Positions 1-10,043 of a DNA stretch of 33,461 nt are shown here, piece by piece. Both the position numbers and the translations under genes were made by a program. How positions within the stretch are numbered: the stretch's first letter is position 1; the number at the start of each line of letters is the position of its first letter. Origin of the DNA: Trichodelitschia bisporula (taxonomy: Eukaryota). The stretch is taken from positions 355,873 to 389,333 of the forward strand of contig ML996689.1 of assembly GCA_010356995.1 (NCBI GenBank), written 5' to 3'. The notes under the pieces were generated by a model. The model saw nothing but the letters and a program-made list of their open reading frames with translations. It made no database searches and was not told the origin of the DNA.

Positions 1-943
1 CACCATGTTGATGATGGTATCCATTCCACTGGATAGCAGGTATTGCCCAGTGCGATGGAAACCCTGCAGTTGTGAGGATTAGTCGAATTATGCGAGCATG
101 ATGCCTACAACGGATGCAACGGAAGATTTGTGGCCTTGACCATCTAGCAGTGTACTGCAAGGGAACATGGCACAATCGGGGTGCAGATTCCATGTCCTTA
201 TGGAATGGTCCATAGAACACGAGGCCAGGAGGTGTGGGTTCGTTGGACAGACAGCAAGATCGTTAACGAGCTTGCCGGTCAGTAAGCCTACCGCTCAGTC
301 CCGAAGGTAGAGCACTTACTCCTCCATGGCCCACCAGGCTCTGGTCTAATTAGCAATGGACCGCACATTGGGTAACGGCGAGACTGACCCGCACCAGCTT
401 TCCTGTGACGACATTGAACACTCTGATACTGGGATGCGTACCAGCATAACAAATCAGCGGGTCCCTGGTTACGGGATCCTCGGCCCAGGCGATACTATTG
501 AATATAACCGTAGGCTCGAAATGTTAGACGTCGCAAATGACGCTGGCGCGACTTACATCTTCATCCGTGATCCAACGGATGATTTGGACATGGTACTGGT
601 AGTCGTCTTTCACTCCACGACATATGATGACCTGCACTACGCCTCAGTATCGGAACACTGCATACTTCCATGGCTATCTCACATGATTGCCACCTGTGAC
701 GGCAAATATGGGATCAACTCCACGCGGCACTGAGGGGCAGAATTTGACGTCATAGATAGCGACTATAAAGGTCAGAGGAAGGCCAGTCGAGCAAGCATCG
801 GCTAAAGTAAAACCTACGGTCTTTGTCTTTGCCCTAAGATGCCGTCAATATACGAGCACGAGATACGTAAAACAAATATCAGCTGAACCTACACACAACC
901 GAAGCGACGCCCGAAAGCCAGGCAGCTCTCCCGTACCCTGCAT
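1..943 (-). CDS. EED: Polycomb PRC2 subunit EED/ESC-like WD40 protein, 5' part (runs off the window's left edge)
   Basis: Absent from the ORF track; spliced by hand. Exons 943-893, 833-818, 762-683, 631-557, 514-389, 340-320, 270-109 and 63-<4 join in frame: MQGTGELPGFRASLRLC-GKDKD-LAIYDVKFCPSVPRGVDPIFAVTGGNH-VIICRG...WITDED-PTVIFNSIAWAEDPVTRDPLICYAG...GKLVR-SLVGHGG-LVNDLAVCPTNPHLLASCSMDHSIRTWNL...GQGHKSSVASV-GFHRTGQYLLSSGMDTIINM. The YDVKF, P-L-C-AG, L-GHG--VNDL and FH--G-YLLS-GMD blocks match my recollection of EED/FIE proteins. Confidence 0.85.
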
Positions 944-3147
944 ACTCGAGGGCGGGGGTGCAAAAGGCGGTGGTCGAATCGGATCAATCTCCAAAGGGGT
1001 AACGTCGCTAAATGACGTTGCTCAAGCACAGTCGAGGATTTTTCTATTCCAAGGTTGCAGAGGCGCAAAGGTCGGCCGAACTGCGAATGCGGTGGTATGC
1101 GGGAAGGGGGACGGGTGTTTGGGGTGGGGGGTTGGTTGGCCGGAAGGCGAGTAGCTGGCAGCACTTCAACCCAGCGACATGAAAACGATCGACGATCAAA
1201 AACAGCCACCTTTCTGGGGGAGGTAAATGTATGGTTAACTATGCTCGTACAGAGACAGTGGAGAAGAGACTCGAAGGAGCCGAATTAGTGATGGGGCTTC
1301 AAGAAGCGTGGATGGTGTTGTTACACAGCACGCTAACGGAGCATAAACCCATGCAACTTGTGCATTGCGCCAAGCCAGGCCTCCCTCGACCTTCCCCAGT
1401 GCAAAAAGTCCAAACAAACCCCAGCCGAGCGGGGGCACGGCTTTTTCCCCAACGGTCGGAGTTTGGCGCCGACACATGTACAAAGCCGGTTTGGGAGGTT
1501 ATGTCCATGAATTTCTTTGGTTTACTAATAGCGCCCTGCCTTGTTGTGCGAGTGTCCAGAAGCGCCAGAGAATGGCGTTGGTCGGGATGGCCGCTGCGGC
1601 TGCGGCTACGGCGCTGGCAGCAACACTGGCTGCAGCAAGCACGCAGCAGTGACGTCGCACAAAACTACGCCAGAAGCCAGACATTGGACGGACTGGCGCG
1701 GAGTGATTGAGAGGCGGGGGGATAAACGAAAAAATGGATGATCTGGAGGATAGATTGGGCGGTGAACTGAAGCTACGGTACTTGTCACTAATGGGGAACG
1801 AGATCAGATGGGATCTAAGCACGCGAAGATGAAGGCAAGGAGACTCGTCTATATCAAAAAAGCCATGTCGTCCAGCCTTCAGATCCCGTGATTTCTAGTT
1901 TCGACCACACTTCGTCAATGCTCAACCTTAACCGCAACTTCAACTTCTACCTCCCTCTCTTCCCTCTCCTTAAGGCATACTATAGTACACAATAGAGCTT
2001 TACCATTCTATCGGTCCCATCCACTCTCTCATTCCCATCTTCACTTTACCGTATTACCTATTTCGCTTCTCTCCCACTCTTCTACCCCCTCCCTCACTAC
2101 CACGCTTGCCACCAACCCTACCCAATCCCGCCTTGTCGGGAGTTATGATTGCTTTGCTGCACTCTGCCGTGTTCCATTCTCACAACGAACCTGACCACTG
2201 CGGCAAAATAGTACCACATGCCCGTCTTTTCCTGCTGCAGGGCAAAGTTCATAGCAAAAGCGCGTGGGATCCACTCTACCCCTCTACCCCTCTACCCCGC
2301 CTACTACAGTACCAGCACTATTCACTACCACCAGTGCGGCAAGAGTACTACATACCGTCGTCTCCCCTCCTTTACCCCCCGAAATACCCGACTGCAGCTG
2401 CACATGGGAAGGCCTGTGAGACCCATCTTCCGTCCTTTCCGCCTTCCGCTCGAATCACCGTGAGGCTGCCTGCACGCTGCAGAACATGCTGGGCGGCCAC
2501 AGATGTTGCCGTCGGCAGCATTGAGGTCGAACTCCCCGGCAACCACAACACCCTCCCAAACCATGACAGCCAGCTAACTAACCCATGTCTCTTTTATCTT
2601 GCTCTTCCTCATTGGACAACATGCTAACCTGACCCCCCTCCAAAACTTCAAGCACCCGTAGTCTACACCGACCTGCCTTTCGCAACATATGCATTCATAT
2701 GTTTTTTCTCCTCCTTGGCTTTTGCCTTGTTTCGAATCCCTAGAACTAGCTGCTACTTGATAGCCAAGTCTGTGTGTACGGAATGCTGCCATCTTCCGGT
2801 TACCGGCTGCAGGCCTAGCCCTTTACCTTGCAGTTCGGAGGGAGTACGGCGCCGGTAACGCGAGCTGTGGGCTGAGAACCTCCCCTCCTGCCTTGCGTTC
2901 GTGTCCACCGGTTGCTTGTGCGCGCGGCATACTGCGAGGCCCGCCACCCCGTGAACCGGTTGAATTATTGCCCCTGCGAGGCATACCCCTGTCCCACATC
3001 CGCCGGTGCTTCGCCCACTTTATTTAAGCCTCGTCTTAATTCGAGCCTGCTCTCTGATCAATAGCGAGCCCGTTACTGTATCAGGTTTCTTTGTCTTTGC
3101 CGTTGACCGAATATTTTGACAAGCGTTTATGTTCAGTTAAACCCATC

Positions 3148-4912
3148 ATGGAGACCACCTTCATCACCATACATGGTAGTTCCACTCGCCTCAACCCTCC
3201 ACCTCGCTGACCCCCCAGCGCAGACCTGACCAACGATGCCCGCATTCTGTACTCATCCGACTCCATCGTCGACATTCTCGGCCACACGCCTGATGAGGTC
3301 GTCGGGAAGTCATGCTGGGAGTTCTTCCATCCCTCTGAAATTCCCCTCGCAAAGCAAATGCACCGCCGTGATGTGAACCTCGACAAGGCCGCAGTGCTCG
3401 CCTACTGTCAGCTCAAGAACCGTAATGGCGAGTGGGTCGGCTGTGAGTGCTGCTTCAGCGTCGTTTACGATGTCATGGTCGTTTGTACCAGTATCTATCG
3501 AAGCGCCAATGACAGCTCCAGTATGACCGTCGAAAGGGTTTTTTTCTCGCTAATTAGGTGTAGAACGTGCCGATGAAGCCTACCCTGTACGCCGGCGCTT
3601 CTCGTCGTCTCCGCAAGACCCGCGCTACCATATGCTTACGCATCTCTCGTCCAAATTCAAGCAAGACGTGGCGACTCAGACTCACGAACCCCGCGCTGCT
3701 CTCTTTCTCAACCGTTTCACTCGCACCCTGACCATCATGTACGCCACATCCGGAGTCCAAGAGATCATCGGTATCTCTGGCGCTGAGATGAAAGGCCGCA
3801 GCTTCTACTACTGCATTGCCGAGGATTGTCTTGAAGACGCAGTCCGTTGCTTGGAATCGGCAAAGGGCAATGACTCCATCGCTTACTTACGCTTCTGGTT
3901 CCGCGACCCACGGTTTGAAGATCGCACTCGCGAGAATGAAGAAAACCGCATGAGAGACGATGAGGACGAAGACATGACCGAAGTCGATACTGACACCAGC
4001 ATGACCGACGTCACCAGCTCCGAAGACGAGGACGATCAAGGCGGCGTATCCGTCCACTCCCCGAGTCGCTCTCGCTCGCAGGGTTACGTCCGTCCAAGCA
4101 TCAGCACGGCGGACAGCGGTACAAGTTCATCCTCCAATTTCACCGGCACGACCTCCGGTCAGCCAAACACGCCCTCTGTCGCGCCCTCGCCTGTGCCAAC
4201 TGCCTCCACATCCTCCAGCGTCGATCCACATGCCGGATACATTGAGCTCGAAGCCGTCGTGTCCTGCACCTCCGACGGCCTCGTGGTCTGCCTGCGTCGA
4301 GCACGCCCGCTCCTGCCACAGACTGCCCAGGAACCGCCGTCCCAGACCACTCGTGCCACCCAACAGTTCCCAACACCCACACCGACCATGCCCCCACCCA
4401 CCCGCGGCATTTTTGCCGCTCCCTGGGCCATAGAACCAACATACTACCCCGCACCGCCAGCCCCGCCAACCAGCTACTTCCCCGGCATGCCGACCAGCTA
4501 CGCACCACCGAACTTCGGGGCACAATTCACGAGCGCCGGGTGGAACATGCAGAGCCTGTTCCCGGCGCCGCTACAACAGGCAGCCTCGAAGGGCGGGCCC
4601 GAACCGGTTGATTTCATGAAGAGTATTCGTGAGGTTGGTGTGTTTGCTTGGGGGTTGACGGGGATCAACGGTGCGTTGGCGGACTATTCGCGCGGGAAAC
4701 CGAAGGGTGAAAGCATTCCGTCCGGCGGGTTGCCTTTCTGGGATCCGACGTACCGGGAGCCGGCGAAGCCGTTTGTAGCGAGTCCGGGGCGGTTGCCGAG
4801 TGTTAGTCCTGTTGGGTCGGGGAGTTCAGGATTAGGGACTGCGGGGGCGGGATACAGTCCCAGTCGGGGAGAGTATAAACCGAGGGATATATTCGGTGAT
4901 CCTGGGCTCTGA
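3148..4912 (+). CDS. Fungal PAS-domain protein (two PAS-like folds, acidic and Ser/Pro-rich regions)
   Basis: ATG at 3148 (METTFITIH), intron, DLTNDARILYSSDSIVDILGHTPDEVVGKSCWEFFHP (PAS signature), second intron near 3521-3563, then ORF 3632-4912 with a second PAS-like segment (TIMYATSGVQEIIG...GRSFYYCI). Confidence 0.85.
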
Positions 4913-5733
4913 GTCCTAGGCGAGCGGCGCATTTGGCGGCTATCAGTTTTGGACGGCGGATGTTTTGGTATGGTAGGTTTGGCAAGACGCTCGTTTGGGT
5001 TTGACATGCGGTTTGGATTGTTGGTTAAGTAGACTATGTTGCATTGATACCATTGATGCTCGTAGCGATTCTGAAAAATATAATACCTGGTTACTCTTAG
5101 GATGAGGAACAACTTCCAGTCTTCCCCCGCAGGGGCTCTTTCGTGATAGCCAATAGCATCTCCTAGCAGTGAGTTCACTTTGCGGATATAGGATGCCATT
5201 ATCGATCTCGATCGGCCAGTGTCTCAAGTGCAACCTCATTTCCAACGATTCGGCACTTCAGCTGTTCCCCAAAATATCTTCCACGCAAGTGGAGCTTTGA
5301 GCCGACTCTCCGGTATTTGATCATCAGAAATCTAAAACATCCATCTCACAACAGGCTGTGATACTGCGATATGGTTGGCTGGAGGTGTTAGGGTTGGTCA
5401 TCACGAAGCCCAGGACGTCGACATGCATTTTTAGAGCGACGACCACGGTGCCGCATCGGTGCCGCAACGGCTTGTCATCACTCATGAGCCAATGATGGAT
5501 ATGAGGAAAAGGCGCAAGCATACACGAATCTAGGTTACACTCACGGCATGGCAAAGCTTTTGCATGGGGAAGTAGTTCAAATTTTCCCTATTCTATTCCC
5601 CCCGGAGAGTTGCCGCATCGGGCCGGGCCTCGACCCACGCCCCGCACCCGACCGGCCGATCCCCCACTCACAAAATACCCTCTAGGCGAAACCCACTGAG
5701 GCCTAAAAAATTTACGAAGGGAAAAAAGGGAAC

Positions 5734-5822
5734 TGCCCCCTGACAGAGTTGAACTATCGACCTCGGCATTGCCTGCTGGAACAGGTACTAGTGCCGCGCT
5801 CTACCAACTGAGCTAAAGGGGC
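5734..5822 (-). tRNA. tRNA-Thr(AGT) with a 16-nt intron
   Basis: Minus strand folds as a cloverleaf: GCCCCTT/AGGGGGC acceptor, GCTC-AGTTGGTA-GAGC D arm, CGGCA-CT-AGT-A[intron]A-TGCCG anticodon arm, GATAG-TTCAACT-CTGTC T arm. A T6 Pol III terminator follows near 5722-5727. Confidence 0.95.
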
Positions 5823-5863
5823 TCACGATGTGATGCTCGAATTAGCAAGCTGTCAAAGTCTGA

Positions 5864-6070
5864 CTACAACTCATCATGGGACGAGGACGGGCTGGGAGTG
5901 GGAGTGGTCGAGATGGTGGCGGTGAGGTCTTTGAGGTTGGGAGCGAACCTAAGCCATGAATGGGATGGAGATGAAGGGGCGCATACAGTGGTGGTCAAGG
6001 TGACTGTCTTGGCGGTTAATACGGCCATCAGCATTGCAATGGCGATGGTGGAAAGGCAGAGGAGTGCCAT
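5864..6070 (-). CDS. Small signal-peptide protein, array copy 1 (68 aa, ends in HDEL)
   Basis: MALLCLSTIAIAMLMAVLTA hydrophobic leader, Thr/Ser/Pro-rich body, HDEL then stop. Preceded by the same TATA and TGACTCA block as the other copies. Confidence 0.6.
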   Translation of the reverse strand: MALLCLSTIAIAMLMAVLTAKTVTLTTTVCAPSSPSHSWLRFAPNLKDLTATISTTPTPSPSSSHDEL

Positions 6071-6194
6071 GACGACGGGTTGAGAGGGCTGAAGGGTTGA
6101 GTGCTGGGTTTGGGGTGTAAATGCGGAGTGGATTTGGAGGATGGGTTGAAGACTGGCGGGTTGTACTGGAGATGGGTGGGAGCTGCGGAGTCCC

Positions 6195-6215
6195 TTTATA
6201 CCCGCGTTTGAGTCA
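6195..6215 (-). promoter_or_regulatory. TATA box plus TGACTCA (Gcn4/CpcA/AP-1-type) element, repeated upstream of array copies
   Basis: Plus-strand tttata...tgagtca at 6195-6215 and 7229-7250. One-mismatch versions at 6762-6782 (taagtca) and 7698-7720 (cgagtca). TATA only at 8219-8225. Confidence 0.55.
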
Positions 6216-6340
6216 CAGGGACGAGTATTCACATGGTTGACTTGCTGAAGGTGAACCTGAGCATTCATTCTTATTTGAGGTGAACTATTTACCCCGGCAC
6301 GGCCCACAGGCAGGTCCTCGTGCCGTGTTAATGAGCTGAT

Positions 6341-6682
6341 CTAAAGGCCGAAGAGATGGGATCCCCAGTTCTCGGGATCGTTTGATCCTGATATGTCGCA
6401 TTCCTCAACATCAATCCAAGTCCACGAGCCCTCGGGAGCATCGTCTGACTCTATGGGCGTAGTCATGGATGACTGGGGCCTGGGAGGGAGTTTGGGGCGG
6501 GGAAGCATCTCGGGGCTGGGAGGAATTTCAGGGCTGGGGGGGATCTCTGGGCTGAGAGGAATTTCGGAGCTAGGAGGGATCTCGGAGGTTGCGGTGGACA
6601 GTGTAACAGTGGCGATGGCTGCAGTCGCCATCACCACTCCAGCCAGGAATGCGAAGATTGGGGAAAGGGCGAGGCGGTTCAT
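6341..6682 (-). CDS. Small secreted protein, array copy 2 (113 aa)
   Basis: CACAATG start, hydrophobic leader, (S/P)EIPPS hexapeptide repeats, C-terminal EECDISGSNDPENWGSHLFGL related to copies 4 and 5. Confidence 0.75.
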   Translation of the reverse strand: MNRLALSPIFAFLAGVVMATAAIATVTLSTATSEIPPSSEIPLSPEIPPSPEIPPSPEMLPRPKLPPRPQSSMTTPIESDDAPEGSWTWIDVEECDISGSNDPENWGSHLFGL

Positions 6683-6896
6683 TGTGACGGGTGAAGTGCG
6701 TGAGGATGATGGTGTGGATGTGGGAAGTGCAGATGGTCAATTATGGAGCAGCAGAGGCCGGCTTATAGCCTCTGCTAAGTCACAGGGTCGAGTTTTCACA
6801 GAGTCGTGATCGACGACGTGCTTGAGCTTCATTCCCAGAGCAAGTGAGCTATCAACCTCGGCCCGGGTTTCTAGGACTGGTACTCGTGCCGTGTTA

Positions 6897-7150
6897 AGGA
6901 GCTGGTAAATCCCGAAGAGACGGGATTCAGTTGTCCGGTCTATTTACTTCTGGAATGTTGTTTTCCTTCTCAGCACCTACGGTACACAGCTCTTGGATGA
7001 ATCGTCGGGTTCCATGGACGTAGTCATGGAGGTCTCGGGGCTGGGAGCATTCTCGGAGTCTGCAGTAGAGGGTGCGGTAGTGGCGATGAGTGCATACGCC
7101 ATCGCTGCTATGGCGAGGAAGGTGTAGATTGGGCAATCGAGGCTGCTCAT
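6897..7150 (-). pseudogene. Array copy 3, probably disrupted (57-aa ORF 7150-6977; C-terminal motif out of frame)
   Basis: The signal-peptide ORF stops at SKSCVP. Downstream DNA gacaacTGAatcccgtctcttcggg aligns with copy 2 gagaacTGGggatcccatctcttcggc, showing a Trp-to-stop change plus an indel. Confidence 0.6.
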
Positions 7151-7374
7151 TGTGACGGATGCCGAGCGCAAGGATGATGGTGCGGATGAGTGTCCTTGCA
7201 GTCGGATTCTGACAGAAAACGGAGACGGTTTTATAGCCCCAGCTGAGTCACAGGGGCCAAGTGTTCACGGACTTGTCGTTGGCGGTGAATTTGCGCTTTC
7301 ATTCTTACATCTAGTGAGCTATCGACTTCAGCATGGCCCATTAGAGCAGATACTCGTACCGACTTGATGAGCAG

Positions 7375-7635
7375 CTAACGTCCAAAGGCGTGCAAGAGAC
7401 GTGAGACCCAGTTGGCCGGTTTTTTCGCTCCCGATATGACGCATCCCTCCTCGGCGATCAAAGTACATGAGCTCTGTAAGGGATCGTTCGGATCTGTGGG
7501 CATAGTTGCAGTTGGGGGGGGGCTGCGAGCGATCTCGGTGACCAAGGTGGATGGTGTGGGAGTGGGGACGAGTGCGTCTGCCGTCCCAACTGCAAAGAGG
7601 AATGCGAAAACTGTGGAAAGAAAGAAGTGCTTCAT
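7375..7635 (-). CDS. Small secreted protein, array copy 4 (86 aa)
   Basis: CACAATG start; MKHFFLSTVFAFLFAVGTADA leader; Pro/Thr linker; SCTLIAEEGCVISGAKKPANWVSRLLHAFGR then stop. Confidence 0.8.
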   Translation of the reverse strand: MKHFFLSTVFAFLFAVGTADALVPTPTPSTLVTEIARSPPPTATMPTDPNDPLQSSCTLIAEEGCVISGAKKPANWVSRLLHAFGR

Positions 7636-7840
7636 TGTGATGGTGGAGTTTGGTACGAACACTAGATGGGGTTAATGCGGAGAGCTGCGGAGGCCGTCTT
7701 ATAGCCTCGTTGTCGAGTCACGGAGCCGAAAATTCACATAATCCTGCTGAAGATGAGCCCGGACGCTCATTAATTATCGCAAGTGAACTATCCACCTCAG
7801 TATGACCCTCCATGACAAGTTCCCGTGCCGCGTCCCTGAG

Positions 7841-8156
7841 CTAACGCCCGAAGGGGTTCAAGAGATGTGACGCCCAGTTGGCTCGTTTATTGGCTCCGGA
7901 CTTGACGATGCAGTAATGACTCACGACACACGAATGTCCGTGGCGCTGCTCGAGGGCGCGCTGATTGAGGGCACGCTGCCATGAGACTGCCCCGCTCCTT
8001 AGACATAGTTGCGGATGGTCTGTACTTGCGAGAGATCCGAGAGACTGAGATGGAGGATGTGGGAGTGGGGATGGGTGCGTTCGTCGTCCCGAGGGCGTTC
8101 GACATCGCAAGTGCGATGAGGAAGGCGAAGACTGTGGAAAGGAAGAAGGGCTTCAT
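7841..8156 (-). pseudogene. Array copy 5, frameshifted
   Basis: The MKPFFLSTVFAFLIALA leader is in one frame and the conserved tail SCVVSHYCIVKSGANKRANWASHLLNPFGR in another. The span is 316 nt (3n+1) and I found no frame-restoring intron. Confidence 0.65.
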
Positions 8157-8472
8157 CGTGACGGGAGGTAGAGGTTGGTGATGGCGGTAGAAGGAGATGT
8201 GGGGAACAGCGGAACTCCTTTTATAGCCACTGCTATAGTGATGGGAATGGTTCACTTTACCTGGTGAAGGGGCCAATCACGGCGGACGCACTGGGTGGTT
8301 TCGCACCCCCCTTCGCGGTCGGATAGTCGAACTCCAGAATCGCGAAGAGGGATTCGGCAGTAGTCGGCATGGCAGCTCGGATGAGCCGTATTTGCACCCA
8401 GCACTGTGGCGGCCCGACGGGGAACGTCCATTGCTCAAAAGCGTCAACTTATCAGATTCGGCCCACTCTCGC

Positions 8473-10043
8473 TTACTGAAAGCTCTGCTTCAAAATGCCC
8501 GGCATCCGCTTCTCCAGATCCAGAATCATTTGGCCAAACAGGCCATTCGCCCACGAAAACCTAGATGATCAGCTTCAGCCCGCCCACTCCGGGAATGCAC
8601 TCACCACTGCCTCGTCCAATGCCCCGCATTGAAGCTATCCACACTCTCATGAATAAGCCCCAGCCCATCCGTACTCGCCACAATCTCCTTCAACACCGCC
8701 CTCACCTCATCCTCCTCATCACTCGTGAGTATGCGCACAATACTCGCCATCGGCCACGCCAGACCCGGGCCATTATGCGGGCCCCCAACCGCATTGATAA
8801 CCGGCCCACGCATGAAATACGGATTCCCAGCGCCGAGAATCATCTTCCGCGTATTCTGATAAACCACATCCGACCGTTCCACGAAGCCCATCATCGGCGC
8901 GGCAAGCAGGCTTGGAATATTCGCATCGTCCATGATATTCACGCCGCCAAACCCATCCACCTCATACGCATAAATCTTCCCAAAGCGCTTATCCTCCACG
9001 ACGCCCGCCTTGAGCACCGCCGCCCGCACACTCGCCGCAAAACTCTTCATCTCCGAGCTCAGCCCCCCTTCCCTAATCTTATCCGCGATGTCCGCCGCCG
9101 CCGCCAAGTACCGCGCAAACATCATATTCGCTGGTATGAAGAGCTGATAAATCGCCGCATCGTCACTCGGCCGGAATGCGCTCCGGACCAATCCAGTCCC
9201 CGCCGCAACCGGATTCCCCACCCCATCATTCGCCAGCGTCTCCGTCGCGCGCGTCGTGCTCCGCATCCAGGTATACGGGCTCGGCAGGACCTTGCCGTCG
9301 GGCGCATACGTACCATTCGTCATCGCGTACGCCGTATCCAGTACTGCCCTCACGGCACGCTTCCAGCCATACTTCCCAAAAAACGCCGCATCCCCAGTGG
9401 CGCTGTAGTATTCTGCACTAATCTGCAGAAACGCCGCCAGGCTATCCAGCTCGTACTTGCACTCAAACACCACAGTCGGATCATACGGCGGGAACACGGT
9501 GTCTCCGTTCGCGCCGCCATTACCCGCCAGCGGCAACCCGGCCTCGACGGGCGGTTGGAACGAGTTGCAAAACGGACTCGCGGCGATATACCGCGCTTGG
9601 AGGTTGATCACACCCCTCACAAGCCCGGCGAGCGGGTCGTCGCTACCGTTCACAAGCCCCATGTAAGACTGCATCTGGTTCGCGCTGTCGCGCAGCCACA
9701 TCGCGTTGATATCCCCCGTGATCACAAAAGTGAGTTCCTCGTCCGACCCCTTCGCGGTGCCGCGCCAGCGAATGGCCGTGTCGAGGGTATTCGGGAAGGC
9801 ATTTTCAAAGAGGCGGGCTAGGTCTGGGTCGCTGATTGTGTTGCGCAGCCGGGTAATCGTCTGCTCCACGGTTGGGGACGTGAAGGTCCGGCAGGACTCA
9901 GTCGGCCGTTGAAAGGCGAGTTGGTACCGCCCAGAGGACACCGGCGAGTGGTTTGCCGTCGCGTACTGCGCGTAGTCCGGACACTGGGCAGCCACGGCAG
10001 CCGCGCTGGCGAGCGCAAAAGTGCAAATCCACGTTGGGGCCAT
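8473..10043 (-). CDS. Secreted glycoside hydrolase family 125 (exo-alpha-1,6-mannosidase / Mug157-like)
   Basis: Signal peptide; motifs [63 protein letters not shown]. Intron 8604-8561 yields the C-terminus [16 protein letters not shown]...SFQ. Confidence 0.93.

Noticed and set aside
356..733. 125-aa plus-strand ORF
   Set aside because: Antisense to the spliced EED-like gene, with no recognisable motif.
2106..2627. 173-aa ORF upstream of the PAS gene
   Set aside because: Non-ATG start and no protein-like features.
5864..8230. Array read as CRISPR or LTR repeats
   Set aside because: Eukaryotic DNA; units are long, divergent and protein-coding, with no constant short repeat, TG..CA ends or target-site duplication seen.
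8565..9821. 418-aa antisense ORF
   Set aside because: Shadow of the GC-rich GH125 coding sequence.
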